Shown: positions 38,095 through 51,189 of the stretch, one piece after another | How positions within the stretch are numbered: position 1 is the first letter of the stretch | Layout of the letters: every line of letters starts with the position of its first letter | DNA from: Octopus sinensis | Lineage: Eukaryota | DNA: 64,000 nt | Direction: 5' to 3' | Assembly (NCBI RefSeq): GCF_006345805.1 | Contig: NC_043011.1 | Span: 9,238,001-9,302,000 of the forward strand | Made by a program: the position numbers and the translations under genes | The notes under the pieces: generated by a model | What the model was told of the DNA's origin: nothing | What the model saw: only the letters and a program-made list of their open reading frames with translations | The model's database searches: none

Positions 38095-38395
38095 TTTAGT
38101 CAAATGAATCAATCCCGGTACTCTTTTGGATCCTCGCACTTATTCTATCGGTTTTCTTTTTGCCGAACCGCTAAGTTACGAGAGTCTTAAATACACCAAT
38201 ACTGGTTGCCAAGCAATGACAGATGACAAACGCAGACATAAACACATACATACATATTTTTATATACGACAGGATTTTTTCAGTTTCTGTCCATCAAATC
38301 CACCCACAAGGCTCTGATCGGCCCGGGGCTGAAGTAGAAGACACTCAAGGTGCCACACAGTGGGACTGAACCGTGTGGTTGAGAAGGAGACTTTT
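38095..38395 (-). mobile_element. SINE family A fragments
   Basis: cttattctatcgg..gccgaaccgctaagttacg and tagaagacactcaaggtgccacacagtgggactgaacc. Confidence 0.7.
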
Positions 38396-39863
38396 CAGTA
38401 AAAAAAAATATACAGCTGAGCTGAAGAAGGGCAAAACTAAAGCGTCGCATCGTCCCCTTGATTATTTCAGTCTTCTTGTTCATCTCTCTTCCGTCTTTCA
38501 CTGCGTATTGAGTTCTTCTTTAGACGCAAGATTTTATAGAAAAGAAAAGAGAAAAAAATCATCAGTGTTGTAACATTCACACTTTATCCCACTTTACTTT
38601 GCGGAGAAAAATGAAATAAAATTAAAACATGGATTGAACCCTGGTCACCGTTGCTTACACTCTACATGTTACATCCAGTCATTCCCCAAAGAATTACTGG
38701 TAAATTACATCTAACACGGATGCATTAGACGCCCCCTCAATTCCAGCAAAACATATTCAGAGAAAAACAAAAAGAGATTTCACTGCATTAAATCTTATGG
38801 GGGTTCCAGCTCCGCGGACAGGAATTCGGGTGACTTTTGGAGACATTTATTGAAGGTTGGGGGAGGGTGTCATACATGCATCAAATTCGATTAATTAGTT
38901 TAAAATTAGGTTGCTAATTTTACTGTGATTAGGTTTAACATATTCAACAATACTTCCATCGGATCACTACTTTGAAAACCATGCACCGAATTCTCACATT
39001 CTCAGACGTTATCTGTCTTTATTCCGTGTAAGATCTTACGTCGCCTTCCTTTCAAACAAACCTCATCTTCTGCTCTTCAACAAAGCTTTTTATTATTCTT
39101 CCTCGCTGGAACTTGTTCTTATTGTTGTTGCTCTTCTTCTTCTTCTTCTCCTCCTTCTTCCACTTCTTCTTCTTCTTCGTCTCTTCTTCTTCTTCTTCTT
39201 CTTCTTCTTCTACTCCTCCTCCTCCTCCTTCTTCTTCTTCTTCTCCTCGTCCTCTTACTCCTCTTCCTCCTCCCCCTCCTCCCCCTCCTCCCCTCCTCCC
39301 CTCCTTCTTCTTCTTCTTCTTCTTCTTCTTCTTTTCTTCCATCCTGCACAAACTGTACTTCCACACATCACCCCTCTCCTCTCCCTCTTTCCACTCCTCA
39401 TATATTCCATAACACCTCTCCCTTCTCCCATATCACATTATTTTTAGTTCTCTCTCTCTTTCCCTCCCCCTCCTCCTTTCTCTCTCTCTCTCTTGTTTCT
39501 ATCGCAACCTCTTCTTTTGAATATCTTGCTTCTAGAACTATCAGATTCCAGTGCACAAGAACCAGGAATGTCTTTTATCTCTCTTCTGTTCCACCCGACT
39601 CTTCCTTCCACTTCCACCCGTTGCTCCATTCTTTCTTGCCTTCACCCTCCCCCTCTCTCTCCTTCTCTTTTCTTCTCTCACTCACTGGGATATGCCGCCA
39701 AACGTAGTAAACCTTAACGGACATTATGTATGTATGTATGTATGTATGTATGTATGTATGTATGTATGTGTGCGTGTATGTGTGTGTGGTGTATGTATGT
39801 ATGTGTATGTAGGTATATATGTATGCATGTATGTATGCATTTTTATGTATGTATAAGTATGTG

Positions 39864-39895
<32 letters not shown>

Positions 39896-40254
39896 AGTGT
39901 ATGTGTGTGTATGTATGTATGTATGTATGTATGTGCAGCGAGATAGAGCGATATGTATGTGTGTGCCCGTATCCATAATCTATGTTTGTTTCCCTTTGCA
40001 TCCTGTAACTTTGCGTTTCGCTACAAATAAGCGTCCGGCGCAACATATTTCCCCAAAACAAAACCAATCCCTTATCATGAAAATAAACTGCACAAAAAAG
40101 CAGAAAAATTAATTAGCGAAATAATGACTTTATGTATTTCAGACTGAATCAAACAAAATGTTACTGTTTTGCGTGGTTTCTCTTCCATTGATTTCTAATG
40201 TTTTGGCACAAGGTCAGAAATTTCAAGTAAGTTGGTAAATCGATTACATCTATC

Positions 40255-40596
40255 TCAGTTCTCAACCAGTACTTATTTTATCGACCCCGAAACGATGAAG
40301 AGCAAAGGCAGCCTCGGCGGAATTTGAACTCAGATCGTAAAGACAGACAAAATATCGCTAAGCATTTTCACCCAGAATGTTAACGACTCTGCGAGTTCAC
40401 CGCCTTTGGGAGCTTTAATATTACAAGATATTTTAATAGGAATAATATTTTCTATTATACGCACGACCCCAGTACGCAACTGGTACTTAATTTATCGACC
40501 CCGAAAGGATGAAAGGCAAAGTCGACCTCGGCGGAATGTGAACTCAGAACGTAAAGACAGACGAAATACCGCTAATTATTTCGCCCGGCGCGCTAA
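40255..40596 (-). mobile_element. Two adjacent SINE family B copies (40255-40404; 40465-40596)
   Basis: atcgaccccgaaaggatgaaaggcaaagtcgacctcggcggaatttgaactcaga core; tRNA-like head on minus. Confidence 0.85.
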
Positions 40597-41344
40597 ATTT
40601 TAATGGGAATAATGTTAAATTAAATTTTAGTTCTGCACACAAATTTTACTGCAGAAATAACAAATATTAACAGCATATATTTTAAATGAGTATCTCCATG
40701 TTGTTCTTCCTGGATGTGTAATTATTTGAATTCTAAATTGTACTTTAAATAATTCGTCTCTTTCCAAATCAATAACTAATTGTGAGAATGTATTTAACGC
40801 TGATAATTTACTTCCTGAAAGCTAAATCAGTTTGACTGCAAATGCGTTTAAATTAAGATTCTGTCCTCATCAGTAGGATTCCAAGGACCTAAAACATATT
40901 AGACACCAGTTGCCAAACAACGTATGGTGTTTAAGAAAGATTAAGAGAGAATAAGATTGTCTCGAAAATAATGGGGCGGGACATGCTTTAACGTGATTCA
41001 ATTCATACACACATACACACGCGCATACATATATACAAATAAATATATATAATCATAAATATTCTCACATATACATACATGCATACATGCATACACACAT
41101 GCACACATACATACATACATACATACATACATACTGTATGCATGCATGCAAGCATACATACATACATACATACATACATACATACATACATACATACATA
41201 CATAAATACATACATACATGCATGCATGCATACATACAGACATACATACATACATGCATGCATGCATGCATGCATACATGCATACATACATACATACATA
41301 CATACATACATACATACATACATACATACATACATACATACATA

Positions 41345-41455
41345 CCCAGTTGTTGATGTTGAAATTCCAATGAAGGAGCCTTGGATCGAGGTTAGAAATC
41401 GGTTCATTCTTTACTGGTAAGAAATCTTGAAATAAAACTGAAAAATCACACACAC
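41345..41455 (+). mobile_element. ~110-bp terminal block of the (CATA)n-associated LINE, preceded by (CATA)n 41070-41345
   Basis: gttgttgatgttgaaattccaatgaaggagccttggatcgaggttagaaa..aagaaatcttgaaa matches the reverse complement of 26540-26645. Confidence 0.75.
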
Positions 41456-41456
41456 A

Positions 41457-41521
<65 letters not shown>

Positions 41522-41739
41522 ACACACAATACACGCATACATGCATAGAGAGCTATAGGAACCTGCTCTCTACCAACTGTGCGATGTAAGGTTCTGTAAC
41601 AGCGGTGTTAATAAAATGGTAATTCTCAGAGGCGCCCCCCCCCACCCGTCGCCGTCAACTGTATCCATATCAATACTAGCAACATCAGAACTACTCACAT
41701 CAGCACTAATACTAGCACCTATACTACTACTATCTTGTT

Positions 41740-42145
41740 CTTGGCATCCATCGATCTAGAGAGATCAGAGAGTTCTAAGAGGGTATCCGGGAACAGCGAC
41801 GGGTATGGCTTGTTAGACCGGTGAAGGAGTGACAGTTTCTTCCACAAGGAACGAGCACAGACTTTGCCGCTGGGTTTACTGCTTCACTTCCAGCTTTTCT
41901 GATCCGTCTTTTTGTCTTGGCACATTCTGTGAGGGACCTTCCCAAACCTTGGAGGCCCCCATTGATTTTTGACTGCCAAGATGTTCTCACTGCAGCTATA
42001 GTTTCCCAGTTGTTGGGACCAACTCTAAGGGCCTTCAAATCTCTTTTGAAGATGTCTTTATAAGGCAGGTGTGGTCTTTCTGTTTGACGCGTTCCCTGGG
42101 CGAGTTCCCCGTAGAGGATGTCCCTTGGGATGCGGCCATCGTCTA
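41740..42145 (-). mobile_element. RTE-clade LINE 3' fragment (repeated at 43874-44222)
   Basis: DDGRIPRDILYGELAQGTRQTERPHLPYKDIFKRDLKAL..WETIAAVRTSW..CGRNCHSFTGLTSHTRRC (terminal C-x-x-C/H motif). Confidence 0.85.
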
Positions 42146-43220
42146 TGTCCGAGCCACCATAAAAACACCCACTTCATTACTCACAAACACCGTTGCCACT
42201 TCCAATATATTATTGCGACCGCTTTCGCCACTACGCAACAACAACAACAACATCAACAACACACGCCCGCCATCATAGCCACAACCATCGCATTCATAAC
42301 TTTCCCCCACCATCATCACCATCACAACCACTATTACCATCTAATCATTTCAACCTACAATTACCCCACCACCACAACCACCCCCATCATCAACATTACC
42401 ATCGACGCCATAAAAACCATCACCACTAACGCACCGCACTCCCCCAAATATATTCAACAGCTTCAGCTAAGTTTTTATAATCTGCTACTTTCGCGTCTCC
42501 CCTCTCCACTCGCTCTCTCTCTCTCTCTCTCTTTCCCTCTTTCTTCCTCACTCTCTCTCCCCCCCTGTCTCTCTCTCCTATCCCTACCACACCGTACTAA
42601 ATTGCCCCCATAACACCTAAATAGCTATCTTCAAGACTTCTACATGTCTAGTAGCTGTGTCATCTTTACAGGCAACAAAACTACAGCTGTTTAGCAGCTT
42701 CGCTTCTACCAACTTAATTCTGCTGGAGTAGTCCTTTATCTCACGTGTTATCATTATTATTATTATTATTATTAATTTACTGATTCTGTCTACATTACCA
42801 TCTTGAAAGCCATAGCGACCAATTCACTGCAAACATGTTGGTCGCTGAGATATTTAAGACGAGTCGATATTTCACGCAGCCCAGCCGAGCTACCTTAAAC
42901 AGCAATGAGAGCAGAACTTGGTTGCAGAGAATTATGCTCGGGAATTCCGCTACTTATTACTGTTTAGCTTTTAGATGTTACTGTAGAAGGTGTAGGTGTT
43001 TGGGTGGGTGGCCATAACGGGTTTGGGAGCTTCAACTACCCCCACAACCCCACCAGCAGGTCGGAAACTCCTTTGCAATTATTACTGACTTAGAAATTGC
43101 TTCAAATACACACAGTCATCATGAAACTAATATATATATATATATATATAGTTTGTATAGTAAAATTTATGCTAATATTAAACTCATAATGGGACAAAGA
43201 GTTGCATTAAGACATTATAT

Positions 43221-43360
43221 AATAAACTGGGAGTGCCGGTTTCGCGTCTTACGCTTATCAAACTTCCAAGGTCTTAGATTTCAACCACCTTTGTTGTTGA
43301 CAATAATTTTTGTGGAAGTTTGATAAGCGCAAAACGCGAAACCGGTATTCCCAGTTTATT
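43221..43360. mobile_element. 140-bp MITE-like hairpin with ~48-bp arms (repeated at 45308-45444)
   Basis: aataaactgggagtgccggtttcgcgtcttacgcttatcaaacttcca vs tggaagtttgataagcgcaaaacgcgaaaccggtattcccagtttatt; four transition differences. Confidence 0.85.
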
Positions 43361-43514
43361 CAAATGGGTTGGCAACTAAGTTCCCGTCGTTTTCTAAAAA
43401 TAAAATTTTTTAAAAGGTTTAATAAAAAAAATAACAACTAATTATTCAATAATGTATTCACCCTTGTTGTTTACAACTTCTTCCCAACGTTCAACAAGAT
43501 TTTCAATACCTATT

Positions 43515-43741
43515 TCTTTACTATTCACAAGGGGCTAAACACAGAGAGGAAAAATAAGGACAGACAAACGGATTAAGTCGATTATTTCGACTCCAGTGCG
43601 TAACTGGTACTTATTTAATCGACCCCGAAAGGATGAAAGGCAGAGTCAACCTCGGCGGAATTTGAACTCAGAACCTAGCGACAGACGAAATACTGCTGAG
43701 CAGTTCGCCCTGTGCGCTAACGATTCTGCCAGCTCGCCGCT
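43515..43741 (-). mobile_element. SINE family B (left-contig copy of 45595-45823)
   Basis: Near-identical to 45595-45823. Confidence 0.85.
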
Positions 43742-43773
43742 TTAAAGATTTTCAACCTCGATGGTAGAAATCG

Positions 43774-43873
43774 NNNNNNNNNNNNNNNNNNNNNNNNNNN
43801 NNNNNNNNNNNNNNNNNNNNNNNNNNNNNNNNNNNNNNNNNNNNNNNNNNNNNNNNNNNNNNNNNNNNNNNNN
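43774..43873. other. Assembly gap (100 N) flanked by a probable false duplication (41799-43773 = 43874-45857)
   Basis: The right contig starts exactly with sequence from 41799, and the left contig ends exactly at the equivalent of 45857; differences are mostly homopolymer or microsatellite indels. Confidence 0.9.
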
Positions 43874-45448
43874 ACGGGTAATGGCTTGTTAGACCGGTGA
43901 AGGAGTGACAGTTTTCTTCCACAAGGAACGAGCACAGACTTTGCCGCTGGGTTTACTGCTTCACTTCCAGCTTTTCTGATCCGTCTTTTTGTCTTGGCAC
44001 ATTCTGTGAGGGACCTTCCCAAACCTTGGAGGCCCCCATTGATTTTTGACTGCCAAGATGTTCTCACTGCAGCTATAGTTTCCCAGTTGTTGGGACCAAC
44101 TCTAAGGGCCTTCAAATCTCTTTTGAAGATGTCTTTATAAGGCAGGTGTGGTCTTTCTGTTTGACGCGTTCCCTGGGCGAGTTCCCCGTAGAGGATGTCC
44201 CTTGGGATGCGGCCATCGTCTATGTCCGAGCCACCATAAAAACACCCACTTCATTACTCACAAACACCGTTGCCACTTCCAATATATTATTGCGACCGCT
44301 TTCGCCACTACGCAACAACAACAACAACATCAACAACACACGCCCGCCATCATAGCCACAACCATCGCATTCATAACTTTCCCCCACCATCATCACCATC
44401 ACAACCACTATTACCATCTAATCATTTCAACCTACAATTACCCCACCACCACAACCACCCCCATCATCAACATTACCATCGACGCCATAAAAACCATCAC
44501 CACTAACGCACCGCACTCCCCCAAATATATTCAACAGCTTCAGCTAAGTTTTTATAATCTGCTACTTTCGCGTCTCCCCTCTCCACTCGCTCTCTCTCTC
44601 TCTCTCTCTTTCCCTCTTTCTTCCTCACTCTCTCTCCCCCCCTGTCTCTCTCTCCTATCCCTACCACACCGTACTAAATTGCCCCCATAACACCTAAATA
44701 GCTATCTTCAAGACTTCTACATGTCTAGTAGCTGTGTCATCTTTACAGGCAACAAAACTACAGCTGTTTAGCAGCTTCGCTTCTACCAACTTAATTCTGC
44801 TGGAGTAGTCCTTTATCTCACGTGTTATCATTATTATTATTATTATTATTAATTTACTGATTCTGTCTACATTACCATCTTGAAAGCCATAGCGACCAAT
44901 TCACTGCAAACATGTTGGTCGCTGAGATATTTAAGACGAGTCGATATTTCACGCAGCCCAGCCGAGCTACCTTAAACAGCAATGAGAGCAGAACTTGGTT
45001 GCAGAGAATTATGCTCGGGAATTCCGCTACTTATTACTGTTTAGCTTTTAGATGTTACTGTAGAAGGTGTAGGTGTTTGGGTGGGTGGCCATAACGGGTT
45101 TGGGAGCTTCAACTACCCCCACAACCCCACCAGCAGGTCGGAAACTCCTTTGCAATTATTACTGACTTAGAAATTGCTTTTCAAATACACACCATCAGTA
45201 TATATATATATATATTATATATATATATATATATATAGTTGTATAGTAAAATTTATGCTAATATTAAACTCATAATGGGACAAAGAGTTGCATTAAGACA
45301 TTATATAAAAACTGGGAGTGCCGGTTTCGCGTCTTTACGCTTATCAAACTTCCAAGGTCTTAGATTTCAACCACCTTTGTTGTTGACAATATTTTTGTGG
45401 AAGTTTGATAAGCGCAAAACGCGAAACCGGTTATCCCAGTTATTCAAA

Positions 45449-46725
45449 TGGGTGGCAACTAAGTTCCCGTCGTTTCTAAAAATAAAATTTTTTTAAAAGG
45501 TTTAATAAAAAAAATAACAATAATTATTCAATAATGTATTCACCCTTGTTGTTTACAACTTCTTCCCAACGTTCAACAAGATTTTCAATACCTATTTCTT
45601 TACTATTCACAAGGGGCTAAACACAGAGAGGAAAAATAAGGACAGACAAACGGATTAAGTCGATTATTTCGACTCCAGTGCGTAACTGGTACTTATTTAA
45701 TCGACCCCGAAAGGATGAAAGGCAGAGTCAACCTCGGCGGAATTTGAACTCAGAACCTAGCGACAGACGAAATACTGCTGAGCAGTTCGCCCTGTGCGCT
45801 AACGATTCTGCCAGCTCGCCGCTTTAAAGATTTTCAAAACCTCGATGGTAGAAATCGCCCGATTTCGACTCGAGAAATTGATCCAACCAAGCTCTCGATT
45901 CTGCATCAGTATTGAACGAAACTCTGCGCATAGCATTTGAAAGAGATCGAAAGAGGTGGAAATTCGTTGGTGCCAAATCAGGAGAGTACGGCGGGTGTAG
46001 CAACACTTCCCAGCCATGCATTTGAATGGCTTCCTTGGTTATATTGGCGATGTGAGGGCGGGCGTTGTCGTGCAGCAGAAGAACTCCATGCTGACGATTA
46101 AGTCTTTTCCCTTGAATAGCCGTGTTGAGTCGTTCCATTTGTTGAACGTAGAGTTCCGCGTTGACCGTTTAGTTACGTTCAAGCAATTCGTAATGGATAA
46201 TCCCTTCCCAGTCCCACCATACGCCAACATCGTTTTACGCGGATAAAGATGTTTCGCGCGCGGTGTCGCTTGTTTACTGAGGCTAAGCCATTCCTTGCGC
46301 TGCTTCATATTGATATACAGACACCATTTTTCATCGCCAGTAACGATTCGGTAAAGAAATCGTTGCTTATGTCCATGAGTTGAGTGGTGACGAGCAAGCA
46401 AACCAGCGGAGATTGTGGCTCGTTGATTTTTGCTGTTGTCACTTAAAACATGCGGAACCCATGCTCCAAACTTCTGAACCTTTCCCATCGAGTAAAGATG
46501 CTTCTCTATAGCAGTGTGGGAGCATTTCATTTTCTCTGCCAGTTCCCTTGTTGTTTGAAGAGAATTTTCGTGTAAAAGTTGGTTTAATCGCTCTTCATCA
46601 ACTGGACAGCGTCTTTGAGGTCAAAATTTCCATTTTTGAACTTGGGATACCAATCACAAGTGGTTCTTTCATCTATGGCACCCTCTCCATACACAGCACA
46701 AATGTCGCGAGCAGCTTTTGCGGCC
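45449..46725 (-). mobile_element. Mariner (DD34D) transposon, frameshifted, 5'-truncated, interrupted by a SINE
   Basis: ARDICAVYGEGA, GAWVPHVL, IVTGDEKW, HDNARPH, HPPYSPDLAPTNFHLF, ENLVERWEEVVNNKGEYIIE*; 3' terminal repeat tggg(t)tggcaactaag at ~45449 resembles mellifera-subfamily ITRs (recall). Confidence 0.92.
45595..45823 (-). mobile_element. Full-length tRNA-derived SINE family B with 15-bp target-site duplication
   Basis: Head gcggcgagctggcagaatcgttagc..gagttcaaattccgcc (A/B boxes); central gcctttcatcctttcggggtcgat..aagtaccag block (Meta/MESC-like, recall); TSD aagattttcaatacc (45578-45592) / aagattttcaaaacc (45827-45841). Confidence 0.9.
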
Positions 46726-47118
46726 TTAGAATCCTTCTTATATCTCCAGCATTGTGAGATTCATTGTCACTGTTCAAAGTCAGTGTGGTTCTCCATGATC
46801 TCATACTCACAGACAAGAAGTTTCGCAGAGTAGGTGCTGTTTTATATATTTCCAGACATTTCTTAATCCAGCTATGTGGTAGACTATCAAAAGCTTTTTA
46901 ATAGTCTATCCAGGCTATGAACAAGGTTTTGTGTCGTTCGTGACAATCATCCAAGATCATCTTATTGATGAATAACTGATCTTTATAACCATAGAACCCA
47001 CGTTTACATTCTTTTTGCTCATTAGGGAATATGCTAGTTTCTAGTAAAAAACTATAAGTATATTCAGTCAAGACAGATGTTAGTATTTTATACATTGTTG
47101 TATTGCAGGTTATGGGTC
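46726..47118 (-). mobile_element. Internal RT fragment of the same R4/Dong family as 17986-21931
   Basis: YRPITCNTTMYKILTS..KDQLFINKMILDDCHERHK..AWIDY; colinear with 19900-20280. Confidence 0.88.
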
Positions 47119-47181
<63 letters not shown>

Positions 47182-47199
47182 TAATAATGATAATAATAA

Positions 47200-47410
47200 T
47201 AACATGTACAATTACATCTCTATCCCTATCACTAATGTCAGTTACTTCCTTAGTGAACATAAGCGACTTAGCTAGTAATCCCTTCGATATAAACGGGTTA
47301 AAATCTATTCTAGCGAACTCAATGAACTTTGCTTTGCCTCTGCCCTGGTTTGCCTTAGACCATGAAATAACTTCATTGGTGTTGCACCATAAGGAGAACC
47401 TGGGAGTCCA
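47200..47410 (-). mobile_element. Penelope-like RT fragment
   Basis: NTNEVISWSKANQGRGKAKFIEFARIDFNPFISKGLLAKSL..TDISDRD resembles the PLE FI.FDI.DFYPSIS..LL motif. Confidence 0.6.
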
Positions 47411-47412
47411 CC

Positions 47413-47503
47413 TTACTCTTTTATTTGTTTCAGTCATTTGACTGCGACTATGCTGGAGCACCGCCTTTAGTTTAACAAGTCGATCCCAGGACTTCACACA
47501 CAC

Positions 47504-47551
<48 letters not shown>

Positions 47552-47695
47552 GACGGGCTTCTTTCAGTTTCCGTCTACTAAATCCACTCACATAGCTTTT
47601 GTCGACTCGAGGCTATATTAGAACACACTTGTCCAAGGTACCACGCAGTGGGACTGAACCCGGAAGCACGTGGTTGGTAAGCTGGCTACTTACCA
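47413..47695 (-). mobile_element. SINE family A copy
   Basis: Reverse complement of the 10789-11180 head and tail. Confidence 0.85.
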
Positions 47696-48804
47696 ACTTT
47701 CTCAATATATTCTTTGAGTGACATCGATAAAGTGGGGAACAAAGAAGCACACAACTTCCTTCTGTGGTTTAAAGTTGGTTTCTGATTCCTAATGAAGTGC
47801 GCCTCTGCAACCGGAAGGGTTACATCATCTCCGTTACATTGTGAAGAGTTAGATGCATGCATCTACGTACACATAATTATCTAAACTGTAAAAGTACCCG
47901 GGAACTAAATTGATATACAAAGCGTTGAGCTTTCTTTTTCTGTTTTAATGTTTGGAGGTAAAGTCTCTTTCTGACCTCCATATCCTTCAACTCTACTTCC
48001 GTTTCTGACCACCATGTCCCCCAACTGCACTCCTCTCTCTCACGTCCCACACCGCCATCATTGGTATTAATTATTCTGACCTGTCAACGCTGATTAATCT
48101 CATCATCTGACCGTATTCCTGACTGTCCCTTTAACTCTCGAAACGCTCCTGGCAGCTTTTTCATTGCCCCAGTCAGTCCTTGCCTCAGCAACATTCTCCC
48201 AGACGCCACCTATTTTCGATGAATTTCTTTACATCAGGTACTCCACCAGTTGCTCCTATTGACTGTTTCCTTTTCAAGGACACTTGCGATCCATCAGCGA
48301 CACCTATTATTTAAGGTATATCCCTTCTACATTCCTTATACAACCACGTTTCTTGGTGGTCCTCAGAACAACACAGGTGCCTTTTCTCTATCAAACACAG
48401 CGTAAGGTCCTTTACCTCCTGAAATTTCACGATCTCTTGCATATTGTTAGTATTCTCTGCTTGTCGTTCATTGCCGAAGAGGAAAAATGATTAAGAATTT
48501 CTAGAGTAGTGGGTCCCTTGTTAGGGTAAGCAAATATGTGTGTGTACAGATATGTATAGATACATACATATGTATATATGTGTATATATAAAAATTTATA
48601 AACGAAGATGATTAAATGAACAGACTTTTAAATGCACGTTATGAGGTTATTGCCCAGATAATAGTAAATAAATATATGTATGTATGCATGTGTATATATA
48701 TGCATATATATACACATACGCGCTGACCACTTGGTATAAATCATTAATTGGCCATAATATCTATTCCACATAATCATAATTTTTATCCTTTTATCATTAT
48801 ATGC

Positions 48805-48854
<50 letters not shown>

Positions 48855-48932
48855 ATTATATATATATACATACACACACACACATATATATATATACACA
48901 CAATATATACATATATATATATGTATATATAT

Positions 48933-48963
<31 letters not shown>

Positions 48964-49007
48964 ATATGTATATATATGTATATGTATATATAATATATAT
49001 GTATATA

Positions 49008-49045
<38 letters not shown>

Positions 49046-49050
49046 TATAT

Positions 49051-49122
<72 letters not shown>

Positions 49123-49125
49123 TAC

Positions 49126-49169
<44 letters not shown>

Positions 49170-49264
49170 GTGTGTAGGTATATGTATTATATATATGTAT
49201 GTATGCATGTATGCATGTGTGTATAGACGCTTGTGTGTGTGTGTGTGTGTATGCGTGTGTGTGT

Positions 49265-49295
<31 letters not shown>

Positions 49296-49838
49296 TGTGT
49301 GTGTGTGCTGTGCGTGTGGTTGTGTGTATGTGTGTGTGTGTGTGTCTGTGTAAGATCATCGTTGTGAGACAGAAATAGAAAGCCGTGCAGGTGAGATGGT
49401 GTAGGCGTTTATCAGGATTCGCGATTCTCAGCTGAAACAGCGAGTAATCCGACACGGCGGCGGCGGCGGCGGCGGCGGCAAGAAGTTGTAACAATGTGGT
49501 TTTGTGTGTGTTTTTTACCGTTGAGACATCGTCCCAATTTAGTAAATGGTGCAAATAACAAGAACAGCAACAACCGTCATCATCATCATCATCAACAACA
49601 TCATCAGTAACGAAAGTGCTTGGGTTGGGGATAGCTGATTGTTATAACGTAATAGAATAAATGTTTTCTGTCGTTTTTTTTCTTTCTTCTTTTGCCCGGG
49701 GGGAGGGGTGTGAAGTACGACTGAAAGTAGACACCAAACTGGTGTTGGTCTTCTGTCAACATTGACTGGTATAACTTACGATATTTCAACAGACTTTTCA
49801 CGCCTCTCACTTGCATTGTGCTCTTCGTATTCCTGTAG

Positions 49839-49944
49839 AACTCCCCAACCCCAACCCGCCGCACTGCTATCACCACTACCACCACCACCTTCACCAGCAA
49901 TACAAAACAAATCTCTGATGCTACCCTATGTGGCCTACCTGCAG
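49839..49944 (+). CDS. Candidate exon with 9-codon start (MLPYVAYLQ, ATG 49918, phase-0 donor)
   Basis: Pyrimidine-rich acceptor ..ctcttcgtattcctgtag|, donor cctgcag|gtaaag, and an upstream donor gtgcag|gtgaga at 49390. No downstream exon recognised. Confidence 0.3.
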
Positions 49945-50109
49945 GTAAAGGAAGGAATTCATAGATGATATAACCTGCAATGTGAAACATGCAAATCCAA
50001 ACAGCCAGTTTTCGGTAACACGATAATAATAATAATAATAATATTAATAACAACAACAACCCATACTCACATAGAAGCAGCGTTTAGTCTAACGATAATC
50101 AACATGAAA

Positions 50110-50370
50110 CCTGATGCTGAAAGGACAAGCCGCCCTAATTCCGAAAACCAAAGACACCATACACCCACAAAATTGAGAGGCCAATAACATGCCTATCAAC
50201 AACCTGTAAAAGTCTCCATTGCAAAGAGACTTGCTGTCATTCCTGCTTTTCTGCCTTGCTCTTATCCTGCTAAAAAAAAAACACACTTGTTAAATGAAAC
50301 CACCATAGTTAACAGATACTATGGACAAGCAATAAACCATCTCTTAAACATGGATGACTAAAAATACCAC
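50110..50370 (+). mobile_element. Internally deleted R4-type RT remnant next to (AAT/AAC)n
   Basis: LIPKTKDTIHPQN..RPITCLSTTCK and INHLLNMDD*K. Confidence 0.55.
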
Positions 50371-51150
50371 ATTTACTGGAGGGGCAGTGGCTCCCCTTTT
50401 TACCCCATTTTCAGAAGCATGAAGAGGTCGTCCACAATACAACTTCTTCTACCATCAGACAGAGAAAACCTACCTGCCAAAGAAACATGATAGGGAATCT
50501 TCTATGGACTTGATGACATCCAAATATCTCCTATTGGCCATAATAGCTATTCCACATAATTTCACAAGTCAGAGATACACAGAGTCTAAAAAAGGGTCAC
50601 AGAACAATATTGTTACTCTGTGTGCATTTCAGACAGGCCAAGCTGATCAGATTTCCTTCTAAGTAGATTTTATTTTGGATCCTGCACCTCTCCATCGCTA
50701 GCAACTACCAGATGAGGCATTAATGAATATTATGCACCTGAACCAGCTTGATTGTCCTCAAAAAACAGACTACCTGATCGATTGTCATTAACACACAGTT
50801 TTTTCAGGAACATCATCTCTCTTCCCCTTCAGCGATTCCTCTCTAGACAGTTAACATCTCAATAGTAAACTTCTTTATTTACTTATAATTACTTACTTTT
50901 ATTTCTGAACAGTTTGTTATTCTACGCGAGATACTATTTGCTTTTAGAAACACGGCTGCTGTGTAAAAGACATGCTAAATCTGAATATAGCTTTACTCTT
51001 GGTTTTAATATCAAACAGCATTTACAAACATAGTCATGGAGAAGCCTTAAAAATAAAGGTTGGCTATACATGTACACATATATTAATAAATACATGTTTA
51101 TACATACATACATACATACAAACATACACATACATACATACATACATACA

Positions 51151-51186
<36 letters not shown>

Positions 51187-51189
51187 CAT

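Noticed and set aside
42071-42613. 180-aa ORF (duplicated at 44148)
   Set aside because: Antisense of an RTE fragment plus (CAC/CAA)n low-complexity sequence.
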